A DNA stretch of 40,226 nt from Phycisphaerales bacterium (GTDB taxonomy: Bacteria > Planctomycetota > Phycisphaerae > Sedimentisphaerales > Anaerobacaceae). The stretch lies in NCBI GenBank assembly GCA_050049715.1, contig JASFVS010000001.1, positions 1 to 40,226 of the forward strand. Reading direction: 5' to 3'. The translations under genes and the position numbers were made by a program. Numbering within the stretch: position 1 is the stretch's first letter; every line of letters starts with the position of its first letter. The notes under the pieces are model-generated. The model ran no database searches. It was not told the DNA's origin and worked only from the letters and a program-made list of their open reading frames with translations. Of the stretch, positions 27,231 through 38,828 are shown piece after piece.

Positions 27231-27656
27231 ATGGCGAAAGAAGTAGCAGTAAAGATTAAATTACAGGCACCGGGCGGGCAGGCAACGCCAGCTCCTCCGA
27301 TAGGGCCTGCTTTAGGTCAGCATGGTGTGAATATTGGACAGTTCGTTTCACAGTTCAACGAGCGAACAAGAGAACTTAACGGGACAATTGTGCCGGTTGT
27401 GATAACCGTTTTCAAGGATAAAAGTTTTACTTTCGAGGTTAAAAGTCCACCGGCGGCGGTTCTGATTAAACAAGCGGCCGAAATCGCAAAGGGTAGTGGC
27501 GTTCCTAATAAAGAGAAGGTAGGGAAAATCAGTGTTGAGCAGTTACGGAAAATCACTGAGACCAAGTTCAATGACCTGAACGCATACGATATAGAACAGG
27601 CCGAAAAGATTATCAGAGGAACCGCCCGAAGTATGGGTGTCGAGGTAGAAGGTTAA
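27231..27656 (+). CDS. rplK: 50S ribosomal protein L11
   Basis: It contains [35 protein letters not shown]. Confidence 0.97.
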   Translation: MAKEVAVKIKLQAPGGQATPAPPIGPALGQHGVNIGQFVSQFNERTRELNGTIVPVVITVFKDKSFTFEVKSPPAAVLIKQAAEIAKGSGVPNKEKVGKISVEQLRKITETKFNDLNAYDIEQAEKIIRGTARSMGVEVEG

Positions 27657-27696
27657 CGATTATTGAGGAATTTATACGCAGAACGAGAAATAAGCA

Positions 27697-28374
27697 ATGC
27701 GAGTGAAAAGTAAAAGATACAAAAAAGAATCGGAACAGGTAAGTAAAGAACCAATTGGTTTGACTAAGGCAGTCGAGAAAGTCAAATCATTCAAGTCAGT
27801 GAAGTTTGATCAGACTGTAGAATGCGTACTGCATTTAGGTATTGATCCGAAGCAGGCCGACCAGGCGATTCGCGGTTCACTATCCTTGCCTAACGGGATA
27901 GGGAAACAGAAAAAAGTCATTGCTTTTTGTGAGGATTCAGATGTTGAATCGGCTAAAAAGGCCGGTGCGATTGAGGCAGGATGTGATGAATTGGTCAAAA
28001 AGATTTCGGATGGGTGGATGGATTTCGATGTAGCTATTGCTTCGCCTAAAGTTATGAGCAAAGTAGGCAAGCTCGGAAGAGTTCTCGGTCCACAGGGAAA
28101 AATGCCTTCACCGAAAAACGGTACAGTAACTGCTGATGTCACAACGGCAGTGGCTGAATTCTCCGCGGGCAAAGTTGAATTTAGAAACGATTCCGGCGGG
28201 AATGTCCATGTAGTAGTTGGCAAGCAAAGTTTTGAGACTACAAAACTGGTAGATAATATCGAGGCATTTGTCTCGCATATAAAAAAGGTAAAACCGGCAG
28301 CGGCCAAAGGTACGTATATAAAGAAAATGTGTATATCTGCAACAATGAGCCCCGGTATCGCAGTTGAGTTTTGA
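27697..28374 (+). CDS. rplA: 50S ribosomal protein L1
   Basis: L1 motifs FDQTVECVLHLGIDPKQADQAIRG and LGPQGKMPSPKNGTVT are present, in the canonical position. Confidence 0.96.
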   Translation: MRVKSKRYKKESEQVSKEPIGLTKAVEKVKSFKSVKFDQTVECVLHLGIDPKQADQAIRGSLSLPNGIGKQKKVIAFCEDSDVESAKKAGAIEAGCDELVKKISDGWMDFDVAIASPKVMSKVGKLGRVLGPQGKMPSPKNGTVTADVTTAVAEFSAGKVEFRNDSGGNVHVVVGKQSFETTKLVDNIEAFVSHIKKVKPAAAKGTYIKKMCISATMSPGIAVEF

Positions 28375-28405
28375 TAGTAAAATACGCAATGTGGGATTAT
28401 AGAAA

Positions 28406-28939
28406 ATGAGCAAATATATAAAAGAGTTACTACAATCGGAACTGGAAAAGAAAATCGTCGATGAGAATATTACGGATTTTTTAATTGTGTGTACAAGGGG
28501 TGTTGGCGGTGTTGACAACAATCTGATGAGGGGTGAACTCAAAGAAAAAGACATCAAGTTAACGGTGGTCAGGAATTCGCTATTTAGAAAAGCGCTGCGT
28601 AACCAGAAGATGGATTCGGCAGCAGCGTTGTTTTGCGGACCTTGTGCTATCGCGTACGGAGGAGATAGTATAGTTGATGTTGCAAAAGAGCTTGCCGATT
28701 GGGCAAAGAAGGTGCCGGTACTTGAGATTAAAGGAGCTTTTCTCGACGGTTCCGCTTTAGATGATAAGGCGGCAGTGGAACTTTCGAAGATGCCGACGCG
28801 TGTAGAGTTGCTTGGTAAGATTGCTGGTATGTTACAGTCTCCGGCCAGAGGATTAGCCTCAACCATCGGAGCTCCGGCGGGGATTATCGCAGGTTGCATA
28901 AAAACTATCACCGAGGACGGCGAGAAACAAGCGGCATAA
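28406..28939 (+). CDS. rplJ: 50S ribosomal protein L10
   Basis: It sits between rplA and rplL. L10-like segments: [19 protein letters not shown] ... [12 protein letters not shown]. Confidence 0.93.
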   Translation: MSKYIKELLQSELEKKIVDENITDFLIVCTRGVGGVDNNLMRGELKEKDIKLTVVRNSLFRKALRNQKMDSAAALFCGPCAIAYGGDSIVDVAKELADWAKKVPVLEIKGAFLDGSALDDKAAVELSKMPTRVELLGKIAGMLQSPARGLASTIGAPAGIIAGCIKTITEDGEKQAA

Positions 28940-29059
28940 AAACAAAACAAGAAATTTTGAACAAGCCTGTGTGGCTGTCCCTGATTTAGGTAACAGGGTT
29001 AAACGAAACGGCGGAGTTTCGGCTACCACTTGGCGCTGTATAAACAGGAGTTAATGGAA

Positions 29060-29536
29060 ATGGCAGAAGAACAAGCGAAAGAAACTAAGAAAGAAAAAGA
29101 AGCCAAGGGAACGAAAGAGACCAAAGAGACAAAGGAAACTAAAAAGACAAGTAAATGGAGTAGTGATATCAAGAAGCTTGGTGACAAAATAGTCGGCTTA
29201 ACGTTAATGCAGGCCAAAGAGCTGGGTGATTATCTTAAAGAAGAGCATGGTATTGAACCGGCCGCTGGCGGTGCTGTTATGATGGCAGGTCCTGCACAGG
29301 GGCCAGCTGAAGAAAAGGAGGAAAAAACAAGCTTTGATGTCATTCTTAAGGAATTCGGCGATAAGAAGATTCAGGTTATCAAAGAAGTAAGGGCGTTGAC
29401 AGGGCTGGGATTAAAAGAGGCCAAAGACCTTGTAGAAGGTGTGCCTAAACCGGTCAAAGAGGGATTAAGTAAAGATGAAGCTGAAGAAGCAAGAAAAAAG
29501 CTCGAAGAGGTTGGGGCCGTTGTAGAATTGGCGTAA
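29060..29536 (+). CDS. rplL: 50S ribosomal protein L7/L12 with an unusual ~33-aa K/E/T-rich N-terminal extension
   Basis: The canonical L12 body is present from [26 protein letters not shown] through the hinge to [20 protein letters not shown]...VVELA*. No in-frame ATG/GTG/TTG lies near the canonical N-terminus. Usable starts are ATG 29054, ATG 29060 (AGGAG 9 nt upstream) or TTG 29030. Confidence 0.9.
   Translation: MAEEQAKETKKEKEAKGTKETKETKETKKTSKWSSDIKKLGDKIVGLTLMQAKELGDYLKEEHGIEPAAGGAVMMAGPAQGPAEEKEEKTSFDVILKEFGDKKIQVIKEVRALTGLGLKEAKDLVEGVPKPVKEGLSKDEAEEARKKLEEVGAVVELA
29114..29149 (+). repeat. Four tandem 9-bp units (AAAGAGACC AAAGAGACA AAGGAAACT AAAAAGACA) encoding [12 protein letters not shown] within the rplL extension
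   Basis: Read directly from the sequence. The units are in frame with rplL. Confidence 0.9.
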
Positions 29537-29648
29537 AGATGGAACTTAACCTTTTGGAATGTATGAATCAACGTGGTGGCGTAGGGTTGAGGCAATCACA
29601 GAGGGTTGTCTTTAAAGCGATTTGAGCATTTAATGCTGGAGATTGGTA

Positions 29649-32600
29649 ATGCGTGACACAAAGGCTGAAAAGGCCGTTCGCAATTTTGGCGGGGTTAGCG
29701 ATGCCGTTGAGATTCCTGACCTCGTGGCGATACAAAGAAGAAGTTATGAGCATTTTTTACAGGAGAATGTGGCGCCAACGAGAAGAAAGCGTATTGGGCT
29801 TGAAGCACTTTTTCAAGAGACATTTCCTATCGAGAGTTATGACAAGAAGATGCTTCTGGAATATCTCTACTACGAACTGGAGAAACCACATTATACACCT
29901 ACTCAGTGTCGGCAGTTACGGTTGACATATGGCTACCCGCTAAAAATCTGGTGCAGATTGAGAAGGAAGGAAGGGGAAGATTTGGCCGAACAGGCAATGT
30001 ATCTTGGCGAGATGCCTGTAATGGTAGGTGGAGGAGAATTTATTATCAATGGGGCGGTGCGAGTTATCGTGAGCCAGTTGCACCGCAGTCCCGGTGTTGA
30101 TTTTCTTATTGAAAGCAAAGAAGGTGACAGAGTTCTTCATGGTGGCAGAGTCATACCGGAAAGAGGCAGTTGGATAGAAATAGGTGTTACAAATAAAGAC
30201 ATATTAGTCGTGAGGATCGATCAGTCCAGCAAGATTCCTGCGACAATTCTGCTGCGTGCAATGGCTCCCGAATATGGAACTACGGAAGACATTCTTCGTT
30301 TGTTTTATCCGACACGGAAAGTTCCGCTGAACAAATTGACGCCAACTATGTGGTCTGTGCAGCCGATCGTGGACGAAGAGTCTGGAGAGGTCATAGTAAA
30401 GGCCGGTGCGCAAATAAGCGATAAGGTTTCTTTGATACAGGCTGCATTGGAAAAACCCAAATCAAAAAGCACTAAGAAAAAGAAGAAAACTAAAAAGGCC
30501 AAACGCTCACAAATTAGTATTGAAGTTGTAGATAAAATTCGTGACACATTGATATTGACTACTCTTGCTGAGGATGATTGCCAGAGCCATGAACAAGCCT
30601 TGCTGAAATTTTATATCAGATTGCGGCCGGGTAATCCGCCTAATAAAGAGAAGGCAAAGAGTTTCTTTACAGAGAAATTTTTCGATACCAATCGTTATCG
30701 TCTTGGCAAGGTTGGCAGATTTAGACTGAATCGCAAGTTCGACCAATCTGTGGATGAGAATGAGATGACGCTTCGGCCTGAAGATTTCCTCAACACAATG
30801 AAATACATAATGGCTTTACGTAATAATGAGGGTGAGGTTGACGATATTGACCATCTGGGAAACAGGAGACTTCGCACAATCGATGAGCTTGCGGCCGATG
30901 AGGTTAGAAAGGGGTTGCTTAAACTCCGCAGAACTGTGCAGGAACGGATGAGTATGAAAAGGGATGCCGAGGAGCCGCCGCGTATCGCAGATCTGGTTAA
31001 TTCCAAGAGTGTATCAAGCAGTATTAATTATTTCTTTGGTCGTGGCGAGTTGAGTCAGGTTGTGGATCAGACTAATGCTTTAAGTCAATTGACCCACGAG
31101 AGGCGTCTGTCTGCTCTTGGGCCGGGTGGATTGAACAGGAGGCGTGCCGGTTTTGAAGTACGTGATGTGCATATAAGCCATTATGGTAGAATCTGCCCGA
31201 TTGAAACACCCGAAGGTACGAATATCGGATTGATTGCCTCGTTAGCGATATTCGCTTCTGTTGATGAATATGGTTTCTTACTTACGCCATATCAAAAGGT
31301 TAAGAAAGGCAAAGTCACGAATGAGGTGGAATATTTACGTGCCGATGAGGAAATGAGAGCAATATTTGCACCACCGAGTGCAGTTGATACTGATAGTAGG
31401 AGAATCCCGAAAGGGTTTGTTCTTGCAAGAAAAAGCGGTGAGCTAACCCAGGTTCAAAACGATGATGTCGACTATGTTGATATTTCGCCCAAACAAATTG
31501 TTGGTATTTCGGCTTCACTTATTCCGTTTCTCGAACACGATGATGCGAACCGAGCTTTAATGGGCTCGAATATGCAGCGCCAGGCTGTTCCATTGTTAAA
31601 AACGGAGGCGCCCTTGGTTTCTACGGGTATGGAACAGATCGTTGGTCAAAATTCGAGTATGGTTGTGCGAGCCCAGAAGAGCGGTGTAGTTACCGAAGTT
31701 GATGCAACGAAGGTAGTTATTAACCATACTGAGGAATATGAGCTTGCCAAATTTGAAGGGCTGAACGAAAGAACCTGTCTTAATCAAAAACCTGTCGTCG
31801 AGCTGGGTGAAAGAGTTAAGGCCGGCCAAGTCATAGCAGATGGCGGAGGTACTGCTGATGGTATATTGGCTCTCGGGAAAAATATACTTGTAGGATTTGT
31901 CTCTTTCGACGGTTTTAATTTTGAAGATGCAATTATCGTCAGTGAGAGATTGTGTAAAGATGACAGCTTTACGAGCATTCATATCGATGAATTCACTGCT
32001 GAAGTTCGTGAAACTCGTCTTGGCAAAGAGGAGTTTACTCGTGATATCCCTAATGTCAGTGAGAGAGCGTTGCGGAACCTTGATGAGAATGGAGTAGTGT
32101 GTGAAGGTACGAGAGTGTGTCCCGGTGACATTCTTGTCGGGAAAGTTGTGCCCAAGAGTAAAACTGAGCTAACGCCCGAAGAAAAACTCCTGCATGCAAT
32201 ATTCGGCAGGGCTGGTGAAGATGTTAAAAATGATTCACTTGAATTGCCCAGTGGTTATGAAGGAGTCGTAATAAAGACCGAACGGTTTACCAGGCGTGGG
32301 GCAGGTACCGAAGAACAAAAAAAGGCGCTGGCGGTGCAGATAAAAGAGTATCAGCAGCAAATGAAAGCAAAAGAGTGCATGATATTCAGGCAGATGATTG
32401 AGGCGGTGCATAAGAAGCTTGATGTCAATATTATCGACCCGTCTACACGTCAAAAAGTCGGTGCCAGTGCTGATGATGCGGTTATTTATGAGCAGGTTGA
32501 GAATTTTAATATCAAATGGGTCAGACCGGCTGCTTTGCGAGATGAAGTACAGAAAATAATAGACAAATTCTGGGTCAAGATTACAGAAGTCCAGGAAGAA

Positions 32601-33479
32601 AAGAAGCACAGGATTGAAAGTTTTAAACACGGCGATGAGTTGCCCAGTGGCGTTCTACAAATGGTAAAAATTTATGTTGCAATTAAAAGAACGCTTTCAA
32701 TCGGTGATAAGATGGCGGGGCGTCACGGCAATAAGGGAGTTATTGCCAAGATTATGCCCGAGGAGGATATGCCGTTTCTTGAAGATGGTACTCCGCTTGA
32801 CATATTATTGAATCCTCTTGGCGTTCCGAGTCGAATGAATGTCGGACAGATTCTTGAGACACATCTTGGCTGGGTGGCTAAGGTATTAGGTTTTAATGCT
32901 ATAACACCGGTATTCGATGGGGCTACTGAGGACGATGTTCAAAAGCTAACATTCGAGGCGAATGAGCTTATGAACAAGCGAAAGGAACAGCTTGAAAAGG
33001 AAAAAAATGCACCGGATGCTGAAGAATTTTTCATAAATGTGCCCAATACTCTTAAAACGCAATTGTTTGATGGAAGAACAGGTGAGCCTTTTGATCAGCG
33101 CGCAACCATCGGATATATATACATGATGAAACTGCACCATCTTGTTGATGACAAAATTCATGCCAGAGCGACGGGACCTTATAGCCTTATTACACAACAG
33201 CCGTTAGGCGGAAAAGCCAGGACCGGCGGGCAAAGGTTTGGTGAGATGGAAGTTTGGGCGCTCGAGGGATATGGAGCCGCTTATGCTTTACAGGAAATGC
33301 TTACTGTAAAGAGCGATGATGTCGAAGGGCGAACTAAAATTTATGAGTCAATGGTCAAAGGGCAAAACACACTCGAAGCGGGAACTCCGTTGTCTTTTGA
33401 TGTACTATGTAATGAGATTAGAGGGTTGGGATTAAATATCCAGCTTGAGAAGAAGCGGCTTGGAACGGCTGCTCTGTGA
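29649..33479 (+). CDS. rpoB: DNA-directed RNA polymerase subunit beta
   Basis: Conserved blocks are present: [56 protein letters not shown]. The ATG at 29649 is preferred over the track's TTG at 29643. Confidence 0.97.
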   Translation: MRDTKAEKAVRNFGGVSDAVEIPDLVAIQRRSYEHFLQENVAPTRRKRIGLEALFQETFPIESYDKKMLLEYLYYELEKPHYTPTQCRQLRLTYGYPLKIWCRLRRKEGEDLAEQAMYLGEMPVMVGGGEFIINGAVRVIVSQLHRSPGVDFLIESKEGDRVLHGGRVIPERGSWIEIGVTNKDILVVRIDQSSKIPATILLRAMAPEYGTTEDILRLFYPTRKVPLNKLTPTMWSVQPIVDEESGEVIVKAGAQISDKVSLIQAALEKPKSKSTKKKKKTKKAKRSQISIEVVDKIRDTLILTTLAEDDCQSHEQALLKFYIRLRPGNPPNKEKAKSFFTEKFFDTNRYRLGKVGRFRLNRKFDQSVDENEMTLRPEDFLNTMKYIMALRNNEGEVDDIDHLGNRRLRTIDELAADEVRKGLLKLRRTVQERMSMKRDAEEPPRIADLVNSKSVSSSINYFFGRGELSQVVDQTNALSQLTHERRLSALGPGGLNRRRAGFEVRDVHISHYGRICPIETPEGTNIGLIASLAIFASVDEYGFLLTPYQKVKKGKVTNEVEYLRADEEMRAIFAPPSAVDTDSRRIPKGFVLARKSGELTQVQNDDVDYVDISPKQIVGISASLIPFLEHDDANRALMGSNMQRQAVPLLKTEAPLVSTGMEQIVGQNSSMVVRAQKSGVVTEVDATKVVINHTEEYELAKFEGLNERTCLNQKPVVELGERVKAGQVIADGGGTADGILALGKNILVGFVSFDGFNFEDAIIVSERLCKDDSFTSIHIDEFTAEVRETRLGKEEFTRDIPNVSERALRNLDENGVVCEGTRVCPGDILVGKVVPKSKTELTPEEKLLHAIFGRAGEDVKNDSLELPSGYEGVVIKTERFTRRGAGTEEQKKALAVQIKEYQQQMKAKECMIFRQMIEAVHKKLDVNIIDPSTRQKVGASADDAVIYEQVENFNIKWVRPAALRDEVQKIIDKFWVKITEVQEEKKHRIESFKHGDELPSGVLQMVKIYVAIKRTLSIGDKMAGRHGNKGVIAKIMPEEDMPFLEDGTPLDILLNPLGVPSRMNVGQILETHLGWVAKVLGFNAITPVFDGATEDDVQKLTFEANELMNKRKEQLEKEKNAPDAEEFFINVPNTLKTQLFDGRTGEPFDQRATIGYIYMMKLHHLVDDKIHARATGPYSLITQQPLGGKARTGGQRFGEMEVWALEGYGAAYALQEMLTVKSDDVEGRTKIYESMVKGQNTLEAGTPLSFDVLCNEIRGLGLNIQLEKKRLGTAAL

Positions 33480-33530
33480 AAGTGATGAGTGGATTACCAA
33501 TTGTCAAATGTCAATGGTAAGGGGCCTTAA

Positions 33531-36500
33531 ATGTTAGGAAGTATTTACGATCGGATTAATGATTACGGTTCGGTTAAGATATCATTAGCCAGTCCGAATG
33601 ATATTCGAAGCTGGTCTTTTGGAGAGGTACGAAAGCCGGAGACTATTAACTATCGTACGTATCGACCGGAGAAAGATGGCTTGTTCTGCGAGCGCATCTT
33701 CGGACCTGAAAGAGACTGGGAGTGTGCATGCGGGAAATACAAAGGCACTAAGTTTAAGGGAATAATTTGTGACCGATGCGGAGTTAAGGTTACTCATAGC
33801 CGCGTAAGAAGAAAACGAATGGGACATATTAATCTGGCGGCACCGGTTGTCCATATATGGTTCTTCAAGGCAATACCAAATCGGCTTGGAAACCTTTTGG
33901 CGATGAAATCCGCTGACCTCGAGAAGATTATCTATTTCCAGGAATATGTTGTTACGGATCCGGGACAGAGCCCTTTGAAAGAAGGCCAACTGCTAAGTGA
34001 AGAAGAGTACAGAGAAGCTGAAAGTAAATATGGAAAAGCTTTCAAGGCGGCAATGGGAGCTGAAGCTATCAGGGCACTTTTGGAAAACTTAAAACTTGAA
34101 GAAATCGGGGTACAATTAAGAGATGCGATAGCAAAGACAAACAGTAAACAAAAGATAAAAGACCTGACGAAGCGGCTCAAGATTATCAACCAGGTTAAGA
34201 ATAGTAAAAACAAACCTCAGTGGATGGTACTTGAGGTAATTCCAGTTATTCCGCCGGATTTAAGGCCATTGGTTTTACTTGAAAGAGATAATTTTGCTAC
34301 CAGTGACCTGAATGACCTGTACAGGAGAATTATCAATCGCAACAACCGCTTAAAGAAACTGATGGATTTAAATGCTCCTGAAGTAATTATCCGGAACGAG
34401 AAACGGATGTTACAGCAGGCGGTAGATTCGCTACTGGATAACGGTCGTTGTCGGCGGTCTGTACTTGGCAGTAATAATCGTCCACTAAAGTCATTAACCG
34501 ATATGATTAAAGGAAAACAGGGAAGATTTCGTGAAAATCTGCTTGGCAAGCGTGTTGATTACTCGGCTCGTTCGGTAATTGTGGTGGGTCCTGATTTGAA
34601 GCTTTATCAATGTGGCCTGCCGAAGAAGATTGCTCTCGAGTTGTATCAGCCATTCCTTATTCGTAAGCTTAAGCAACGTGGTTTGGCTGATACTATTAAA
34701 AGCGCGAAGCGAATGATTGAACGGCGTGATGAGCAAGTTTGGGACATACTTGAAGAGGTTATCCACCAACATCCCATTTTACTTAATCGTGCTCCAACAC
34801 TGCATCGGATGGGCGTTCAGGCTTTTGAGCCGGTATTGGTTGAAGGGAATGCGATTATGTTGCATCCTTTGGCTTGTAAAGGATTCAACGCCGACTTCGA
34901 TGGTGACCAGATGGCGGTGCATTTACCGTTAAGTGTCGAGGCGCAGGCTGAGACTCATATCTTAATGATGACCACATCGAATATTTTCTCACCGGCTAAT
35001 GGGTTGCCAATGGTTGGACCATCTCAGGATATGGTAATGGGTAATTATTATTTGACTCATGTAGAAACCCGCCGGACATCTGAAGAGTCGGAAATTAAAG
35101 TTTTCAGGGATCCTTTCGAGGCTATTATGGCCCTGGAAATGGGTAAAATTAGTTTACATACACAGATTAAAGTCCGACTTAGCGACGTTAAAGTTATTAG
35201 CGATTCGCAAACTGGTGATTCTAAACTTGTTAAAACTACTGTTGGGCGGTGTATATTTAACGATATGCTTCCGGAGGGAATGCCATTTTATAATGTGACC
35301 ATGACTCAGAAATTATTGAGCCGGGTCATTAGTGATTGTTTCGAGTACACTGGTTCTGCTCAGACAGTGGACCTTCTCGATAGAATCAAGAATTTGGGCT
35401 TCAAATATGCTACGCTTGCCGGTCTGAGTTTTGGCATTACGGACCTAAAAATCCCCGAGAAGAAGGCGCAGATTATTGAACAAACCGAAAATAAGGTCAA
35501 CAAAATACATAGGAACTATGATGGTGGTGTTTTAACAGAAGGCGAAAGATACAATCAGGTTATTGATGCCTGGACAAATGCGAGAGTTGCTGTCACCAAT
35601 GAAATGATGAGAGGGCTAAAAGAAGATACTACTGATGACGGTGAGCCGTATTTGAATCCAATATACCTTATGAGCGATTCTGGCGCCAGAGGAAGTGTCG
35701 ATCAGATTCAGCAGCTTGCGGGAATGAGAGCGTTGATGGCCAAGCCCAGCGGTGAAATTATAGAAACACCTATTAAATCAAACTTCCGTGAGGGATTAAC
35801 TGTTCTTGAGTACTTTAGCTCTACACACGGGGCGCGCAAGGGATTGGCGGATACGGCGCTCAAAACAGCTAACTCCGGTTATCTAACAAGAAAACTTATC
35901 GATGTGGCGCAGAACGTAATTGTTATTGAAAGAGACTGCCAGACTTTGCAGGGAATCACAAAAAGTACTGTTAGCAGAGGGGACCAGATTGATGTGCCGC
36001 TTTCGCAGCTTGTTATCGGGAGAACTGCGAGAGATAATATTCGCAATCCAATCACGGATGAAATGGTTGTGCATGAAAACGAGGTTATAACACACGAGGC
36101 GGCAGCAAAGATTGAAGCTTTAGGCCTTGATGCTATCAGAATCAGGAGCCCGCTGACATGCGATAGCCCATTTGGAGTTTGTGCCAAGTGTTATGGATGG
36201 GACATGAGTACCGGAAAATTAGTCGAAGAGGGTACGGCGGTTGGGATTATTGCGGCACAATCCATTGGTGAACCTGGAACCCAATTAACCCTGAGAACGT
36301 TCCACACTGGAGGAGTCGCTGAAAGAGCTATTCTTGAACGTGAACAAAGGGCTACACAGGCAGGAAAGGTACAGTATCGTGATATCAATGCAGTTACTAC
36401 CAAGTCCGAAGTTGATGGAAAGAAAACGACTACGTTAGTTGCATTGAAACGCAATGGTGAAATAGCTCTTTTTGATGAAAAAGACAGAGAACTTGACAGG

Positions 36501-37832
36501 TTCAAGGTGCCATACGGTGCTGTTGTGTTGGTTAAGGATGATCAAAAAGTTAAAGCCGGGGCTTTGTTATTCAGATGGGATCCACACCGTACACCGATTT
36601 TGGCAGAAATAGCCGGGCTGATTCGGTTTGTTGATATTATTGAAGGTGAAACAATTGGCATTGAGGAAGAGCGAAAAGGTCAAGCTGGCAGGCCGGTAGT
36701 AATCGAACATAAAGGTGATAAGCATCCACAAATCATAATTGAAGATAAGGAAGGTAAAATCCTTGATGTTCATTATTTGCCTGCAGGGGCCAGAATTGAG
36801 GTTAACGAAGGTCAGAAAGTTCAGGCCGGCCAGTTACTTGCCCATCAACCCAGAGCTACCGGTGGAACTCAGGATATTACGGGGGGTCTACCGAGAGTTA
36901 CCGAAGTATTCGAAGCACGTAAACCCAAAGATCCTGCTGCGATGGCGGAAATTAGCGGCCAGGTTGAGCTTAGGAGTGATAAACGTAAGGGTAAAATGAC
37001 AATTACCATTCGCTCCGAATCCGGCATGGAAAAAGAGCATCACGTCCCGCGTGACAGACATCTTAATGTTCATACCGGTGATTTGGCTGAAGCTGGAGAT
37101 GCCCTAACGGATGGCCCGTTAGTGCCCCATGATATTCTGCGAATTAAAGGTGAAGAGGCGCTACAAAGATATTTAACGACAGAGATCCAAAATGTCTATC
37201 GTTCGCAGCATGTCAATATCAACGACAAGCACATTGAGATTATTTGTTCTCAAATGATGAGAAAAGTCGAAATAGAATCTGTCGGTGACAGTCCGTTTTT
37301 ACCCGGAGAGGTGACAGATAAATTTGTATTCAGAAAAGAGAATGAGAAATTGACCAACAGCGTCAAGATTACAAACGCAGGAGATGCTGCTGATTTACAG
37401 GTTGGCCAGGTTGTAAGTAAGAAAGAGCTGGCGAGTATTAATGAAAAAGTTGAAATGATTGGTGGGGCCGGGGCCACGGGCAAAAAACCAAAGCCCGCAA
37501 CCGCCAATACTCTTCTTTTAGGAATTACGAAAGCTTCCTTATGGTCGGAGAGTTTTATTGCAGCAGCCAGCTTCCAGGAAACAACTAAGGTCTTGACTGA
37601 GGCTTCTTTAGCTGGTAAAGTGGATGAACTTTACGGATTGAAGGAAAACGTTATACTTGGTCATTTGATACCAGCGGGTACGGCTTTCAAGCCGCATCTC
37701 GATATAAAGGTCAAGCACCTTGTCGAAGCACCGCTACCTAAGGAATTCGAAGAGGCTAAGGATATCAAGGAGGCAAAAGAAGCCGAAGCAAAAGCTGAGG
37801 CTGCTGTCAGGGAGGCTTTGGGAATAAGTTAG
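33531..37832 (+). CDS. rpoC: DNA-directed RNA polymerase subunit beta'
   Basis: It has the zinc-binding [18 protein letters not shown], the catalytic [12 protein letters not shown], and trigger-loop/bridge-helix blocks. Confidence 0.97.
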   Translation: MLGSIYDRINDYGSVKISLASPNDIRSWSFGEVRKPETINYRTYRPEKDGLFCERIFGPERDWECACGKYKGTKFKGIICDRCGVKVTHSRVRRKRMGHINLAAPVVHIWFFKAIPNRLGNLLAMKSADLEKIIYFQEYVVTDPGQSPLKEGQLLSEEEYREAESKYGKAFKAAMGAEAIRALLENLKLEEIGVQLRDAIAKTNSKQKIKDLTKRLKIINQVKNSKNKPQWMVLEVIPVIPPDLRPLVLLERDNFATSDLNDLYRRIINRNNRLKKLMDLNAPEVIIRNEKRMLQQAVDSLLDNGRCRRSVLGSNNRPLKSLTDMIKGKQGRFRENLLGKRVDYSARSVIVVGPDLKLYQCGLPKKIALELYQPFLIRKLKQRGLADTIKSAKRMIERRDEQVWDILEEVIHQHPILLNRAPTLHRMGVQAFEPVLVEGNAIMLHPLACKGFNADFDGDQMAVHLPLSVEAQAETHILMMTTSNIFSPANGLPMVGPSQDMVMGNYYLTHVETRRTSEESEIKVFRDPFEAIMALEMGKISLHTQIKVRLSDVKVISDSQTGDSKLVKTTVGRCIFNDMLPEGMPFYNVTMTQKLLSRVISDCFEYTGSAQTVDLLDRIKNLGFKYATLAGLSFGITDLKIPEKKAQIIEQTENKVNKIHRNYDGGVLTEGERYNQVIDAWTNARVAVTNEMMRGLKEDTTDDGEPYLNPIYLMSDSGARGSVDQIQQLAGMRALMAKPSGEIIETPIKSNFREGLTVLEYFSSTHGARKGLADTALKTANSGYLTRKLIDVAQNVIVIERDCQTLQGITKSTVSRGDQIDVPLSQLVIGRTARDNIRNPITDEMVVHENEVITHEAAAKIEALGLDAIRIRSPLTCDSPFGVCAKCYGWDMSTGKLVEEGTAVGIIAAQSIGEPGTQLTLRTFHTGGVAERAILEREQRATQAGKVQYRDINAVTTKSEVDGKKTTTLVALKRNGEIALFDEKDRELDRFKVPYGAVVLVKDDQKVKAGALLFRWDPHRTPILAEIAGLIRFVDIIEGETIGIEEERKGQAGRPVVIEHKGDKHPQIIIEDKEGKILDVHYLPAGARIEVNEGQKVQAGQLLAHQPRATGGTQDITGGLPRVTEVFEARKPKDPAAMAEISGQVELRSDKRKGKMTITIRSESGMEKEHHVPRDRHLNVHTGDLAEAGDALTDGPLVPHDILRIKGEEALQRYLTTEIQNVYRSQHVNINDKHIEIICSQMMRKVEIESVGDSPFLPGEVTDKFVFRKENEKLTNSVKITNAGDAADLQVGQVVSKKELASINEKVEMIGGAGATGKKPKPATANTLLLGITKASLWSESFIAAASFQETTKVLTEASLAGKVDELYGLKENVILGHLIPAGTAFKPHLDIKVKHLVEAPLPKEFEEAKDIKEAKEAEAKAEAAVREALGIS

Positions 37833-37870
37833 TTGTCAGTAATGAAATAACGAAAGATGAGATAAGAATT

Positions 37871-38242
37871 ATGCCTACTATAAACCAGTTAGTTCGACGT
37901 CCAAGGGCGAAATCGAAGGGTAGCAAGCGTGTATCTGATATTAGCGGTTCACCACAAAAAAGAGGTGTGTGCCTGATAGTAAGGACCCAGACGCCCAAGA
38001 AACCGAATTCTGCTTTGCGTAAAATCGCACGTGTCCGGTTAACCAACGGCAAAGAAGTTACAGCTTACATACCGGGTATTGACCACAATCTTCAGGAACA
38101 CAGCACGGTTGTGATTCGTGGAGGCAGGGTCAGAGACTTACCGGGGGTAAGGTATCATATTGTTCGTGGTGTTCTTGATTGTGCTGGTGTGGCTAACCGG
38201 AAACAAGGCAGAAGTAAATATGGCGCAAAAAAAGCTAAATGA
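37871..38242 (+). CDS. rpsL: 30S ribosomal protein S12
   Basis: It contains [23 protein letters not shown] and [14 protein letters not shown]. Confidence 0.97.
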   Translation: MPTINQLVRRPRAKSKGSKRVSDISGSPQKRGVCLIVRTQTPKKPNSALRKIARVRLTNGKEVTAYIPGIDHNLQEHSTVVIRGGRVRDLPGVRYHIVRGVLDCAGVANRKQGRSKYGAKKAK

Positions 38243-38265
38243 GCTGGCTAAATTGAGGAAAAATA

Positions 38266-38739
38266 ATGGCTAAAAAATTTACCGCTTCGAGCCAACAATT
38301 AAAGCCGGACCCGAAGTATAACAGTAAGCTGGTTTCCAAGTTTATTAACTGTTTGATGTGGGACGGTAAGAAGAGTACTGCGCAACAGGTTTTCTATGAT
38401 GCTATGGATATAATCAGTAAAAGGGTTAAAGATGCTGAAGCTTTTGATGTATTTGAGAAGGCGATAAACAATGTAAAACCTATGATAGAGGTTCGTAGTA
38501 AGCGTATTGGCGGAGCCAGTTACCAGGTTCCGATGCAGATAAATGCCAAACGCCAGCAGTCGCTTGCCTTCAGGTGGATATTGGCATCGTCGAGGGGCAA
38601 AAAAGGCAAACCTATGTCCGAGCGGTTGGCTTCTGAGTTGATAGATGCATATAATGAACACGGTGGAGCAATGACAACTCGGGAGAATGTTCATAGAATG
38701 GCTGAGGCAAATAAGGCTTTTGCGCATTTCGCTTGGTAA
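38266..38739 (+). CDS. rpsG: 30S ribosomal protein S7
   Basis: It contains [28 protein letters not shown] and ends [12 protein letters not shown]. Confidence 0.96.
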   Translation: MAKKFTASSQQLKPDPKYNSKLVSKFINCLMWDGKKSTAQQVFYDAMDIISKRVKDAEAFDVFEKAINNVKPMIEVRSKRIGGASYQVPMQINAKRQQSLAFRWILASSRGKKGKPMSERLASELIDAYNEHGGAMTTRENVHRMAEANKAFAHFAW

Positions 38740-38754
38740 AATTTTCTGTTTTTA

Positions 38755-38798
38755 ACTGCCACGGTGTGTTTATGAAACTAATCGTGGCAGTTTTTTTT
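38755..38798 (+). terminator. Candidate intrinsic terminator/attenuator between rpsG and fusA
   Basis: A 9-bp stem ACTGCCACG (38755-38763) pairs with CGTGGCAGT (38783-38791), and the T-run spans 38791-38798. The 19-nt loop is long for a classic terminator. Confidence 0.45.
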
Positions 38799-38828
38799 AT
38801 ACTCTTTTTGAATGATAAGATGTGAGTT

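Noticed and set aside
28108-28950. A 280-aa minus-strand ORF spanning rplA/rplJ. The similar antisense ORFs at 27810-28307 and 26833-27153 fall in the same class.
   Set aside because: It lies antisense to strongly conserved ribosomal protein genes. The translation is low-complexity (S/A/F-rich) with no recognisable motif, typical of a shadow ORF.
29030-29059. The TTG at 29030 (the ORF-track start) as the rplL initiation codon.
   Set aside because: AGGAG at 29046-29050 is correctly spaced for the ATG at 29060 (9 nt) and lies downstream of the TTG. An ATG start at 29054 or 29060 is more likely, and the extension finding holds either way.
29023-29217. A 64-aa minus-strand ORF with an [11 protein letters not shown] repeat.
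   Set aside because: It is simply the reverse-complement reading of the KET-encoding 9-bp repeats in rplL.
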